This document shows, in pieces, positions 9,139-21,602 of a DNA stretch of 64,000 nucleotides (the stretch's first letter is position 1; every line of letters starts with the position of its first letter). The translations under genes were made by a program, and so were the position numbers. The stretch lies in IMG/VR virus record IMGVR_UViG_3300044712_001462, positions 160,529 to 224,528 of that record; one strand, 5' to 3'. The notes under the pieces were generated by a model. It made no database searches, was not told where the DNA came from, and was given only the letters and a program-made list of their open reading frames with translations.

Positions 9139-9733
9139 ACAACAACTCCCTATAGCGCTCTGAAACCCCAAAATACGCTGCCAGACTCTCCAGAGTCGTG
9201 AACACCGGAATGTCTGCCTCGTAAGCCAGCTGAACTTCCTCGTCCGCACCTTTCGAGTCACCTGACACCCGGTATACCGCTTCCGACCCTAACACCCAAG
9301 GCTTGTCTATTTCCGTCCAGATGGCATACGGCACCTCTTCCCAGTTAGGATGAAAAACAGAGAAAGCCGGGTTCAGCGGTGCCAAACCCAGCTTCCAAAT
9401 CGCATCAAAAGCTTCTACCGAACGCTTGAGATTCGCTTCCCTAGTCTCAACGCCGCGTAAGGTATCCCCGTTGCTGATCGGGCACGCAATATAGACTCGT
9501 CGGCGCATAATCAAAGAATCCGTTCTCGTGCGAAAACTCCGAATAGCCTTCTCGGCGTCCTCTTTTGAGGCCCAACGCTGATCGGCATCACTCCGAATGC
9601 CCTCAAACCACTCGCCAACCTTATCCATGTACATGAGCCCATCAGGCTCATATACATACCACCCGCGACCGTCCGCATTACCGACCCGGGCTGATGCCAG
9701 CATCCTCTGACGGTACCCTGCGCTGACTTTCAT
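9128..9733 (-). CDS. DUF4406/nucleoside deoxyribosyltransferase-like C-terminal domain protein
   Basis: RVYIACPIS...PLNP...SKGADEEVQLA...IPVF. Confidence 0.65.
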   Translation of the reverse strand: MKVSAGYRQRMLASARVGNADGRGWYVYEPDGLMYMDKVGEWFEGIRSDADQRWASKEDAEKAIRSFRTRTDSLIMRRRVYIACPISNGDTLRGVETREANLKRSVEAFDAIWKLGLAPLNPAFSVFHPNWEEVPYAIWTEIDKPWVLGSEAVYRVSGDSKGADEEVQLAYEADIPVFTTLESLAAYFGVSERYRELLYEY

Positions 9734-11535
9734 TAGGTCCTCTTCGGCGTGTGAACATAGTGCATGGCAGTCAAAAATCCCCAGAACCACAGTACCCCAG
9801 TCCCGAATCCGCACACAAGCGCAGTCAGAAAACTGTCTGAGATCTGGTGCCCTGCCACAAATCCCAACCCGGCGCTCAGACAGACATCAATCAGAGCCCG
9901 ATACGGGTAGGGTTCCGGTTCCGACGGTTTCAGCACAATTTTCGGTTCCTGGTAAATCTGGTCCCACATTTGCGGACTGATGCGTTGAATCATCTTTGCT
10001 CTCCTTGATTTCTTGGGATAATCGGGCGCTCGCTTCGTCATATTCGCGCAGCGCCACAACCATCTCGGTTTTCAAGACACGGGTGTACATATCTCCGCCT
10101 ATGTCTCCGTAAGATGTATAGGCTTTGAGTAAGTCATAGAATCTGCGCCGGTACTCCGATTCCAAGCCGATGGCTCGAAGTATGGAGTAGCCCCAACTCA
10201 AGTGTGGAGGCCCCAAGCGCGAGAGGTATCGCCAATTCGGACTGCGAACACTTCGCCTTTACCAGGCCCGTGATAAAGAAAGCCGCCGTTAAAGCTATAG
10301 GCGTAATAGACCGGTCGGCCCTCGTTGCTCCGCAGATCCCAGATCGTTTCCTTCAGCTCAGCTCCGAACCAGGTTTGCCTCGTGATGCTCAAACGACGAT
10401 CAGTTTCTACGTCTACCTCAACGTCATACCACTCCGGATGAGCCATAATTACAGCACTCCGCGTCTCTGCGTACAGCTTGGGATGAACAGGCTCATACAA
10501 ACTGACGGATAATCCGTGAAAAGTACCATCATCGCAGGCCACTACCTTGCGCGAAGGCACCTTATAGTGCAGACCAGCGTAGTCATACTCGCAGTAGTCT
10601 CCATTGCGCACCAGGTAGTCCAAGCCCTCTCGGAGATCTCTAACAAGTTTCTCAGCCATCTCCTGCTGACCTGCGGCATACAGCCCCGTAAGCCAGCCGT
10701 GAATATGCGCCAGGCGAGTCTTTCCTTCGTTGGACAAATACAACCGTCGATACATCTCTGTGCGGTCAAGGATACGCGCTAACTTGCCATATCCCAGGTC
10801 TAAAAAATCAAGCTCAGGCGTTCGAACGTCAGTTGCCACTAATTAGAGCCTCACTTTGACCGGTCTTTGTAATACGCAGAGTAACAAATAAACTCCCCTA
10901 TCTCATCCAAATATCCGTTGTCAATCAACGCCCCATAGAATCCCTCGCCAGTCTCTGACGAATGAATCTCGGCACGCTGCCATAAAGCAACAATAGCTGC
11001 TAGTCGTACTGACTCAGCCTCATGGTTAATCTCACGCGGCATTGGTTCTCCCCGCTTCCTGATGCTCCACAGCATGAAGGGCATCAAACACAAAATCAGC
11101 ATACTCCGAATCACCCAAGTGCTTTCCTGCCTCGCGCAGCACTCGTGAGATCTTGTCCACAGCTGCCTTGAATTGCTCCCGAGACATCGGATAGCTCTCA
11201 GACAAACGATCCAAAATGGCCTCCAGTTGCTCTACGGTCATCTCGGCAAGACACAGCTGGATGACCTGGGAATACCCGTTTACCGAAGGTTCAATATGCC
11301 TCCAGATATCGTCGATCAACTCATTCCTCATCTAGTAGGTACTCCAGAATCTCGGCCATTGACTCTTTCACCGGCAACGTACTTCGACCCGACATGTGGA
11401 CATAACACCCTGCCACACCGTCGGTGAGCTTAATCTCCGAGATCGCTGCAATGTGTCTGGTGAAGATCACTAGCCGCTCTGTGTCAAATGACTGCGACGT
11501 AAGATAGATGTACTCAGGCATAGCGTCTCTCTTTG

Positions 11536-11553
11536 TAATAGCGATAACAGAAA
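11536..11553. promoter_or_regulatory. Conserved intergenic box, copy 1 (TAATAGCGATAACAGAAA)
   Basis: 14-bp core identical in five intergenic sites. Confidence 0.7.
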
Positions 11554-11819
11554 CTACACAGGCAGCCAGATGCTGTCCTCGACTTCCACAGGGTGAAGCC
11601 CCGTGTCATGTAGCCACTGCTCTACGAAGTCAGACAGGTCCAAATCTAGCTCGTCCTTACACAACACGACCTGTTTACCGTTCACAGTGTCATCCACGAA
11701 AAAACAGAATTGCAACTGCTCCACGAGAAGCTCTATCTGCTCGAGTTGCTTGACTTCTTCATCAGTCAGATTTTCAAATATCCCTGACCTGAATCTAAAT
11801 CTCGGCAAAGCTAATCCCA

Positions 11820-12401
11820 TTACGCGCTCTTCCTTTTCTGTTCAAACCGGTCTGCAGCCCAGGCTGCCTCTCCCGTAAATTCCACTTCCTCATAGTCCAC
11901 AGGCATGTAATCCCAGACACACGCCATCATGTAATCCGGGTCGTCGTACCCACAGCATCCTTCCACGTAGAGTCCATCCTCGTCGTAGATCGAAAACTGG
12001 TAATACTCGCCGTTGACCCAGGTGTTGTAGGATCCCAGAAAATTGCGGGCATACTCCTTACGCTTCTCATAATCCTTAGGCAGGAACTTGGCGTTCTTGG
12101 AGATAATGAGCCCACCTACATCCGCAGTATCCCAGCGACATTGCATCCCCTCGCCGCGGAGACTCCAGACCGTACCGCTGTGCTGGTAGCAGCTGAGAAT
12201 GAATGCCGAACCTACATCCAGCTTTCTCCGCATCCCGATTGTGGCAGGTGTCGGATCACCAAACTCGTCTCTTGGACCCAGGTACTTGAAAGGGTCCTGG
12301 AAATTAACATGCCGATCACAGAACGAAACAATCTCCCAGTCGCCATACTTACACGGGCTTTCAGCATCTGAATCGTATTCCAGCCGCACTTCGTAATTCA
12401 T
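11820..12401 (-). CDS. Hypothetical phage protein
   Basis: YQHSG..WS...CRWDT..VG...WVNGEYY...CCGY pattern; ATGA overlap at start. Confidence 0.7.
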   Translation of the reverse strand: MNYEVRLEYDSDAESPCKYGDWEIVSFCDRHVNFQDPFKYLGPRDEFGDPTPATIGMRRKLDVGSAFILSCYQHSGTVWSLRGEGMQCRWDTADVGGLIISKNAKFLPKDYEKRKEYARNFLGSYNTWVNGEYYQFSIYDEDGLYVEGCCGYDDPDYMMACVWDYMPVDYEEVEFTGEAAWAADRFEQKRKSA

Positions 12402-12622
12402 ACTGGATCCCAGATATCCAAAGTCATGCGAACATCCGTCACGGATTGAAACTGCGCTGGGCAAATACTCACCAGGTCGCCCTCTTCGTCATAAACTCGC
12501 TCGTCTTCTTGTGAGACATCTAACACACGTAACACGACACACCTCCTATAAATGAAAAGAGCCTCACCGGTTTCCCGATGAAGCTCTTTATCGCGCGCCA
12601 CTCTTTTCAAATGCCAGAGCAA

Positions 12623-13012
12623 CTACTCTGGCTGTTTGATCTCGGTCTTCTTGTCAATCATCTCGATATACAGAGCGATACCGTACTTGCCGCACAACCT
12701 GGCAGCTCGCACAAGGAACTGCCACTCTGTAGCAGGATCGCTCAGTAGAAGTATCACGCCCGGCTTCTTACCAGTCAGTTCAGCGTAGTGCAGAGACTGG
12801 CCAATGGATTCAGCCCATTTCTTCGGGTAATCTACCTCGATCGCGTAATCATCACTAAGGAGATCTACACGTGAGCCGTCTTCCAGCCGCACCTCTGTTT
12901 TAGCCTTGTACTTCGGAGCCAGGCGAGCGCACTCGTCAAGCTCCCCTGCAAAAGCGGAACCCAGGCACAACACACCGCACAACCAGCAGATTATCTTCGT
13001 TGCAGAATTCAT
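12623..13012 (-). CDS. PD-(D/E)XK-like small protein with N-terminal signal peptide
   Basis: Hydrophobic N-terminus ending AFA; EVRLEDGSRVDLL..AIEVD..KWAESIGQSLHY. Confidence 0.6.
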   Translation of the reverse strand: MNSATKIICWLCGVLCLGSAFAGELDECARLAPKYKAKTEVRLEDGSRVDLLSDDYAIEVDYPKKWAESIGQSLHYAELTGKKPGVILLLSDPATEWQFLVRAARLCGKYGIALYIEMIDKKTEIKQPE

Positions 13013-13030
13013 AGCTTAAAACTAGCGCAT

Positions 13031-13288
13031 CTACTTGTCTTTGAGCAACTGCAACTCGTCACACCAGTCCACATACCTCTCTTGGTCAACTTCGGCCCAT
13101 TCACCATTCGGTCGAAAGCAGTTATCCTCAATCGTGTTACTCATGTACTCTCGCAGTAACTCCTCATACCAGGCCGCATACTTCTCCTGGTCAACATCTG
13201 CCCATTCAGCCATCGGGCGGCAATCATTGTCCTCAATCATGTTAATCATCTGCATGTGCAGCTCGTCCTCGCGAGAAAGTGTTGTCAT
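13031..13288 (-). CDS. Hypothetical protein with internal duplication
   Basis: IEDNDCRPMAEWADVDQEKYAAWYEEL / IEDNCFRPNGEWAEVDQERYVDWCDEL. Confidence 0.7.
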   Translation of the reverse strand: MTTLSREDELHMQMINMIEDNDCRPMAEWADVDQEKYAAWYEELLREYMSNTIEDNCFRPNGEWAEVDQERYVDWCDELQLLKDK

Positions 13289-13459
13289 CTACTTCTCCCT
13301 AGTCTTGATTAACTGTAACTGGTCATACCACTGCATGTACTGCTGGCGCGCCTCAGGCGACCAGACATATACAGGGGCGTAATCGTAGCTGGTAATCAGA
13401 TCCAGCATCTTTAGGCGGAGACAGTCGGGATCCAGATCCTCAAGTGTCGATGTGACCAC
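13289..13459 (-). CDS. Hypothetical 56-aa protein, distant paralog of the downstream repeat unit
   Basis: GTG after GGAGG; MLDLITSYDYAPVYVWSPEARQQYMQWYDQLQLIK; stop abuts the next ATG. Confidence 0.55.
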   Translation of the reverse strand: MVTSTLEDLDPDCLRLKMLDLITSYDYAPVYVWSPEARQQYMQWYDQLQLIKTREK

Positions 13460-16400
13460 GTCACCTCCTTGCTTCCGGCTCCATGAGCGCAGGGACGCTC
13501 ACCGAGACCGGGACATAAGATTCAAACCACAGCTTCTCAGCCGCGGTCAGAAGAGAAGACCCACAAATCGGGCACACTGGCAGGGCAGGGGGTGTAGCGT
13601 CTTGCCAGCTGCAATCCACTTCCACCCCGCAACACACCCTGGAGAACTTAATCATCCGTTGCCAACGGGTTGAACCGCAGCATCTGCTTTCCATTCCACG
13701 TATGGGTAGACGTTGCAGGAGCGGCTTTCCCGGTGCGCTGGTACTTCATATAGGCCGCATGCTCGTAGCAGTCACGGCAGAAGCGATGGGGCTTTCGCTG
13801 CTGATCTTTTATGGTATACCCCCGAAAATCGGTCAGTCCGCAATTCTCGCAAGGCTCTTTTGACAGGTCCGTCGACTGCAACATCAGAATTCAGCCTCCT
13901 TCGGGAGATTCGTTGTGATGTTCCTGGCGACAATATCTCGCGGCGTCTCGTCGAGAGAGGTAACCGGGAAGCTACTACCTGCCTGAGTCACATAGCGCCA
14001 GTCATAGCATTCCCCAAGAGGAATATCACGCTCACCACAGAAGTCGCGTAATGGTGTTCCTACCTCGCTATGAATCGGTAAATAACGCCCGTTTTTCAGG
14101 TTGTGCCACGATCCATCAACCTTCGTCATAGAGTAGACCCGCTCAGGCTGACTTTCTTCTTCCTCTTCTTCCTCCGTCTCACCCGACGCTCTGTCTGCCG
14201 CACAGATCAATGCCTCCAACTCATCGGCCAGATCGTGAAGATCCTCAGGAGTGACCGCCCATCGATCTGTCCTCAGACAAGCGAAGTGACCACCTCCGCC
14301 GGATTCGAGACTGACCTCCAGGTGCTGGGGCATGTCATTGCAGCAATCACCTTCGTAGTCTGTGTACGAGACCCGCGACACAAACGTATTCTTCTCTGTC
14401 ATGCGAACATCTCCAATCCACCATCTTCATAGCGCACACCGCAACGAACTAAGCTACGAATGTCCTCATCCGTGGCCACAGCTGCCAACTCCTCGACATC
14501 GGTGTCCAGGTAAATAACATCGTGTCTTGCGCCAGACACCATATCCCGCATACCCGGAACCAGCCGATCCAGAAGCAAAAAGGCATGCAGATCCATACGC
14601 TGTGATAGCCTCTCAGTTTCAGGAATGCGCTCGAACTCCAGAAACTCATCATCCAATTCCTCAAACAGATCGTGCACAGGTTTGCTGAGCATTCTGAACT
14701 CCTGTTTTCTCTAGTACGTCGATCATCTTCTTCCAGTCCGCCTTTTTCACCAACCCGCGTCTGAGCCAGATCTCTGCCATCTGGCTCAGATTCTTCCTAG
14801 CCAACTCAGCGTTGATATCCAGATCCTCCATAAATCTCAGCAACATCCATGATGCCTCTGTCAATATGTGTCGCTGACGCTGATCCAGCGCACACGCATG
14901 TTTCTGACTGGCTTTCTTATTACCCATTTTCTCCCGTTCGATGCATGATGTCGTACAGTGTTCCCCACTCCTGCGCTTTAGACGTCTGGATCAAGTACAC
15001 CTCCAGCGCCTTAGCCCAATCCTGCTCCGCGCGAATGTAGTCCTCTTGCTCAAGGCTATAGACAACTGATGACAAATGCTGGCACAACAAAGCCAGCATG
15101 TTCTGTTGTCGACCTGTCAAATATACAGGCTTCCTAATTGTCACATCGGCCATATCTTCGCTCTACTCGTTCTAGCAGCTGTCGCGCTGCAGCAGACCAC
15201 CCAGCCATCCCTGGTGACGTACACGCCGCAATGCTTGAAATAAAACTCTCTAGCTCCTCAATCCGCTCTGGATACTTGGCCTGAATCCAACCCCGTTCCT
15301 GAGTATCCTGTACACACTCCATCAAAATCTCTGCCGCCCGAGACCGGGAGATATCCCCTGTCTCATAAGCGGCTTTCACCAGCGTCTCCATAGTCTGTAC
15401 AGGCAGGTCTGGATTGATGCTTTTAAACATCTTGTACAGGGCCTGGGCATGCTCGTGCTGCGCAATCTTGGCCTGTAACTCCTTAATGTATAGTTGCGTG
15501 TCCAGAGTCATGATAAAACCTGCCTCCACAGCCTAAACACAGGCAGACCCAAAACCCGCCACGTCGTAACAGACCACCAGCTAGCGTGTTTCCGTACCCG
15601 CTCGTTTCTCGTCACTGAGATCAGACTTAGCATTTCCAGTCTCCAGTTGCTCTAAATGCCAACGAAGAACCGACGCCGCCCAGCCGTGTCCAGAAAAATA
15701 GCCACCATGACCTCCTTTGCCATCGCCGGGTGTCTTATCTGGGCGATACGTATCCTCGCCATAATCCAGAAAACACTTGATGGCGTTTCTCACTTCATGC
15801 GCATCGTACATCGCACTCCTCCTCTTCCTCCTCGAAATCACGCACTCCAAGTTCTTCCAGATACTCAGCTACGGAAATGTACCATTTCTCAGGCATAGTC
15901 ACGTAACTTGTACCATCCTCTGTCATGTACACCCCGGTACACTTCGTATCCAACAGCTCAACGCAGCGCTCATACTCCGCTACTAGCGCGTCATATTCTC
16001 CTTTCAGGACCGCAAAATCTCGGTTGTAGATCGCAAAGTAGTCATTTAACTCTTTCGCCATGCGCTTCTGTTCCTGCGCAATCTTTTTCAGCTGCCTATC
16101 TGGAGATCCAGACCCGGTGATACACCACGCAAAGATCGCCGCGCATACCGACACAGCAAGAATCATGTAATAAGGAAGCATCTGTTCAAATGTCAACTCA
16201 GCTAACATTGCGTTTCTCCGCGCCAAGCCTAACAGCTCTCGTATCGATATGGTACGTATTTTTCTGATACCGGGCGGAAGCCATAGCAGCTTTACGACTC
16301 CGGTAGACGAGCATGCCTTCGTCCTCGTCCGTATTCCCGTCCACAGGTAGTACAGGTTCAAACGTATCGGCCATCACAACTACCCAGTACCCCTGCTCAC

Positions 16401-16994
16401 ACTCCTGAAGCAAACAATCCTTACCCATCGCATCATGTAGATAGTCCGCAACAGCATCCAGCAGGTCTGATAATCCTGCTGCCTCATCGCCAGCCTGCTC
16501 CAGTAACCACTGGCGTTGTCGACGAAAAAGCGGACCATCTACCGCCCGCAAAGCATTTCGAAACTTCTTAACACGGTCAACACTTAACTCTTTATCCCGA
16601 GTATTCACCTACAGATCCTCCTCACTTTCTTGGGACAGCCACTCAGTTGTTCTGGCGTCTAAAGCATGTTGGTTCTTCCTATCCGTCTTCGAACGAGAAT
16701 TACTACTCGTACCCGCGTGATAATGGTCGTCATAAAAATCAACACCTCCCCCTGACTCTACCAGTTTCTCGAAGCTCTTCTGAAAAGCCTCGTGAATTCT
16801 CTGCAACTCCGATTCCGACTCCACACACCGCACACCCGCCATCGCCGTCTTAGCATCGCGGTACAGCAGGTATAAGGCTTCCTGCGATCGCTGGAGCGCA
16901 CCACGTAACGACTCCAGCTTGCAGCCGTCTCTGTACAAGAGGTCGTACACGTCGTCTAATTCATCAAACAGGCGGCTCATAAACCCTCTTAAAT

Positions 16995-17024
16995 AAAAAA
17001 CCCACCAGATGGAAAACTGGTGGG
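16995..17024 (-). terminator. Intrinsic terminator
   Basis: CCCACCAG/CTGGTGGG stem followed by T6 on the minus strand. Confidence 0.75.
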
Positions 17025-17056
17025 ATTATGAACTACGTCGGAGACGGGCGACTAGA

Positions 17057-17263
17057 TCAAGCGTCTTCTTCCTCGAGCACTCGGTACTGACGACGACACT
17101 CCGTAGCCAAATCTCTCAGATTCGACGAGAACTCTTCTACACTGTACCGACCAAACAGCAGCACATGGGCCAATTGAACTAGTTTGTCCTCGACCTCTGG
17201 ACGGTGAGCTGTGAAATGCTGATTGTCGCATACTGTCAACAACTCATACAAAGCATGAAGCAT
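17057..17263 (-). CDS. Hypothetical protein
   Basis: ATG 17263 with GAGGG SD, directly after box copy 2. Confidence 0.6.
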   Translation of the reverse strand: MLHALYELLTVCDNQHFTAHRPEVEDKLVQLAHVLLFGRYSVEEFSSNLRDLATECRRQYRVLEEEDA

Positions 17264-17271
17264 GTGATCCC

Positions 17272-17290
17272 TCTCTAATAGCGATAACAC
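17272..17290. promoter_or_regulatory. Conserved intergenic box, copy 2 (TCTCTAATAGCGATAACAC)
   Basis: Exact core match; intergenic. Confidence 0.7.
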
Positions 17291-17297
17291 AAAGTCC

Positions 17298-17705
17298 TTA
17301 GTGCTCAGACGGGAGCATCACCACAAAGCCCATTCGCCCCGGCGAAAGCTCCTGTGCCCCCACAAACAGTCTAAACGGCTCATCTCCGTCAAACTGGAAA
17401 TCCGTGTACTCAATATCCTGCGTGATCAGAGCAGGCTCACTGGAATCCGTGCGGGCAGTAATGACCGCTCCATCCCCATCGGCCTTTGTCAGCGTCCAGA
17501 CATGAAAAGAAGCAAAGTTGGGCCCATACAGGGCCTCACATGACTTAAAATTCATCAGGTAGCTGGCAATAAGGTCTGCCAGCCAATAACACTTACCTTC
17601 TTTCAACAGGTGAGCTACCCCATCCGTGCACACAACGTTTCGGTTAAGTGTGACAATGTGGTAATTCTCGGTCCCAATAAACTGTCGCAATTCTTCGTGT
17701 AGCAT
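17298..17705 (-). CDS. DUF6876-like protein
   Basis: LRQFIGTENY, TDGV, CYWL.D.IAS, QDIEYTDF, MLPSE pattern (family recalled, not searched). Confidence 0.6.
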   Translation of the reverse strand: MLHEELRQFIGTENYHIVTLNRNVVCTDGVAHLLKEGKCYWLADLIASYLMNFKSCEALYGPNFASFHVWTLTKADGDGAVITARTDSSEPALITQDIEYTDFQFDGDEPFRLFVGAQELSPGRMGFVVMLPSEH

Positions 17706-18035
17706 ATGAAAACCCTTTTGTTTACTTATTCGCCCCGGCATTCTTTTTGAAACGCGTCAATAATCGCGCCAATCTTGTCGTCATACTCCTGGGTCACACG
17801 CTTGGCCTCTTCGGAGTACCGCAGCACTATCTTGTTGCACTCGTGACAGATCATCTCCATGCTGTCTCCGTAATCATCCCCCGTTAGCGGGTCCCTCCAG
17901 AGCACAACACCACAGTGCATTGTCTCGCAAATGTCCTTGCCACAGCCGTAACACGCATGGAGGCTCGGTGTCTTTTTTCCGCACACGTCGCAAAAATAGA
18001 CTGTCCTAGTTTGCTCAACAGTCGTTGTTTCTGTC

Positions 18036-18425
18036 CTACGGCCCATTAGGTGCCTCCGCTGAAACTGGTGGCTCAGATAGCTCTGTCAAAGAAGCCAGCC
18101 ACCCTGTACTGCCGATCTTAATCTCGTATTTATGCCCCTTCTTGATCTGAATGGCATGCATGCAGGCAACAGTCGTCACAATCTCTACACTTTTGTCATC
18201 CTGCAGAGTAAGCGCCAACCAGTAACAGCAATTGGAGCTGCCGCCTCCGCCAATCTGGACGTCTGTGACACGTCCGGTAACGACTTTCCCCTCCACCTGG
18301 TATTCCTTGGGTGTGGCACAGCCAACGATCAGAGCGCTCCCTCCGATAGCCAGCCCAAACAAAATGACCACAGCTAGAACACTGCCCAGAAGATTACTAA
18401 TCCGCAATAGCATCTGTAGACTCAC
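18036..18425 (-). CDS. Putative membrane protein or lipoprotein
   Basis: Long hydrophobic N-terminus ending in lipobox-like IVGC. Confidence 0.5.
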   Translation of the reverse strand: MSLQMLLRISNLLGSVLAVVILFGLAIGGSALIVGCATPKEYQVEGKVVTGRVTDVQIGGGGSSNCCYWLALTLQDDKSVEIVTTVACMHAIQIKKGHKYEIKIGSTGWLASLTELSEPPVSAEAPNGP

Positions 18426-21400
18426 TCCTTGTTACGTCACTGGAATACGGAACACTCCTATAAGAGTAAGGCGAAACATACCCACCATCTTCCGCCTTAC
18501 GCTGTAGCTGGATGACTTCATTCACTAGCCTGGCCGCATCTAAAGACCCAGCCGGTCGCCGATAACGAACCTCTTCTCGACCACTGGGCCAGGTATACAC
18601 AATCTCAATGATCACTCCGAATGCTCCGTATCAACTAGGAACGGCCATTGTTCCGATGCCTTCCTTCCTTCAATCAAATCATGTACAGACACAACATGAA
18701 ACAAATATTGAGCCGCGGCCATGGCTGTAGCCTCTTGCAGACTCAGCTCCGCGACGGTGTTAATAAGCCTCTCGTTCTCCCGAGTCAGCCTGCGCACTTG
18801 GTCTCGCAGAGTGGTTGAGGAGAACGACTTACTTGGTTTCTTCATCGGCGCTCTTTTCTGTCTTAAGGCATCGAATCTCCCAGGCTCTCGCCGCGGCTCG
18901 TGTGCCAAGATAAGCCTGCTCAATGGCCCACAACTGCTCCCAGGCAGTGGAGTTTCCGACGTTCGGATAGTCGGGTGCCACGGTACGGGCAATATCAGCA
19001 ATGCGCTGGAAAAGCTGGGTCACCGTAAACTTCGCTGCGTTACACACGCGGACTGGTTGAAGTTCATCCCGATTTTCCGGAAGAACATCAGAGATACTGC
19101 GTTGCACGCAGTCCACTGTATCCTCGATACACTGTCGATACTCTTTGGCGTAATGGGCAGAATCACGGATGCGGTCTATGTTCCGGTACACCCACCGAAG
19201 CTTCTCTTCGAGTTCCAGCTCTCGCTCTCGAGACTCAGTCAGCCGAGCGTCTAACTCTCGAAATCGCTCCTCATTCCGTTGGTCGAGCTGGTTCCACTGC
19301 TGGACTGACGCTGCCAGTTCCTGCGTCAGGTCTTTTATCTTTTGGTCTTTGCTGTCCATCAGTCCTCACCTTGTAACGGTTAAGCCAACGCATCCAGAAA
19401 CCGGCTTCAATCTGGTATTTCAAAACCTGCGCCTCGTAGAACGCACGCTCACAATCATTAAGCTGGCGATAATGCGTTTCCCAGGTCAACGACGAACACG
19501 AGTATCTGACCCGCGGTACCAGTTTGGTTAGCAGACACTTACGGTAGTGCTGTTGTTGTTTTTGACTGTTTCGGTACCGCTCTTTAGCCTCCCGGCGCAT
19601 AGCCTGGTACATGGCTGCTTCGCTAGTCATTGTCGTTTCTCCAGTTCATCCAGCCGACGTCGCAAAAATCCAACCTCATCCACTAGGTCAGCAATCCGCT
19701 GATCTTTGGAGTCCAGTTGCGATAAGAGATTCTCCTCGCACTCTTGCATCGCAGCCAACATCCGCTCCAGGCGCTGCACAGGAGTCTCTGCAGGTTTTGA
19801 TCTACCACGACACATATGGACTGTGCCGTCCCCGTGGAACAAACGCCAACCACGCTCTGTCTGGCCCCACACAAAAGGGCCCTGACCACAGTACTTACAA
19901 GAGATGGCTCGTTTGTATCCAGGAGAGTAATACGCGCCATTCTCATCCAGTACGCCTTTGTCCTGGGCCTCTTCAACAGACAAGTGACCCGAAAAGTGCG
20001 CGGAGACATCTTCCTCGAAATCAAGGCACTGATCTGTTAAATCGTCAGCATGTATGCCCATCGGCTAACACCTCGAACTCATGATCATAGAGACACAGAT
20101 CTAAGTCATGCCCGTCTGTAGTCTGAATGCGTACGACCGTGTAATCCCAGTCCGGAATCTCATCGATCACGCGCCCAATAAATCCCTGCCAATGCTCTGA
20201 AAGCAATCTAACTGTTGTCACAATCACAACTCGCTAGCAACCGACTAGACAGAACAAGACAGGCTTTCTGCAAACTCTGGATCGTATGAGCAGCATCCAA
20301 GTCCAGCTCTGATCCGCTTTCTTCTTCTAATTCGCGCAGCAATTCACCGTCAAACCCACACTCATCAAATAGACCAGTCATGTCCTCGTCATACCACGAT
20401 TGTGGCGGAGGATACTTCTTAACCAAATCCCGCAGATCATTATTATTCATCCGTTATTCCCAGAAACAATTTGGTAACTGAGTCGTGCCCAAACTGACAC
20501 TCACTTTCAGACAACCCTCCCTGACAGCCTCCATAATGCAGCAGTTTAATAGCCTCTACAGCCGCCTCTTGCATATCTCGACAACAATATTCACAAGGTC
20601 GAGACGGATAACCCTTAAACCACTTCTCAGCACCCTTGCACCAGTGATAGCCGTACTTACACACGACACGGCCTCCACCAATGCTTATAGTCCTGCGCAT
20701 TCTCGTAATCTAACTCGATCTGCTTCCACACCTCCTTGAGCGACTTCCCCTCCACACACTCCTTGTGCAGGAAACAATTAGGCATATCGGATCCACTTGG
20801 GATCACAATAATCACAGACGACGTCAGAGCAGGCACAAACTGCTTATGACACAACGGACACCCGTCATACTTTCCGTAATGATTTCGGGCCTTAATGAAA
20901 TCCTTTCCATGAGATACCTCTCCAAACTGGATCCGCTTGCCTTCAACAATAATCGTCTGAGAATTCACCAATCACCTCCTCGGCCCGTACTCTAATCAGC
21001 TTCGGATCCACTCCTGACGCGCTGTATCTGACTAATTGCTTGACACAACGCTCAAGCTTCTCAATGCGACATGCCAGACACGTCTTGCCTGTCTGCTTGT
21101 CCCTGTGGTCCGGGCACAGGGGAAGCATCCTGCTTAGCGCCCTGAGTTGGCCCTGCAACACTGTTTCTAGTGACATCTGATTTCTCCGACTTAACAGATA
21201 GCTCCAACCGGCACGTACCCTGTGTAATCAGGGCAATCAGCACCGCGGCAATCGCAATCGCGCCCCAGTCGCTGCACTTCGTACTCTTTTCCACTTATAG
21301 TTCCTTTCCACAGAGATCACACGAGGTATATGCCGCACTACCGCCCGCCGGATCTCCATGATGTGTAGTTTCCCAGTGCATACAGCTGTTCTGGATTCCA

Positions 21401-21602
21401 CACAACCTGTAGTGCAACTCCTCGTTCTCTTGCATATGTCGCTTCGTTGTCTCCAGGCGGTCTCGGGAGAGATCAACAAGCCTCTGCTTAATAGTTCTCT
21501 CTCCATCAAGCACCGTTGCCAGGTGTTCACCTAGCGCACTTTCGCGACCATCTTGACCAAGGTAATGATCAATAACTCTCTGCAACGTTTCGGCTTTCAT
21601 GT

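Noticed and set aside
11536-11553. Reading the repeated box as parS, dif or a canonical LexA box
   Set aside because: Does not match TGTTTCACGTGAAACA, XerC/D arms, CTGT-N8-ACAG or GAAC-N4-GTTC.
17025-17055. CATAAT on the minus strand as a fourth promoter copy
   Set aside because: No CT(A/C)AAT at 17-nt spacing and no T-tract in the spacer.
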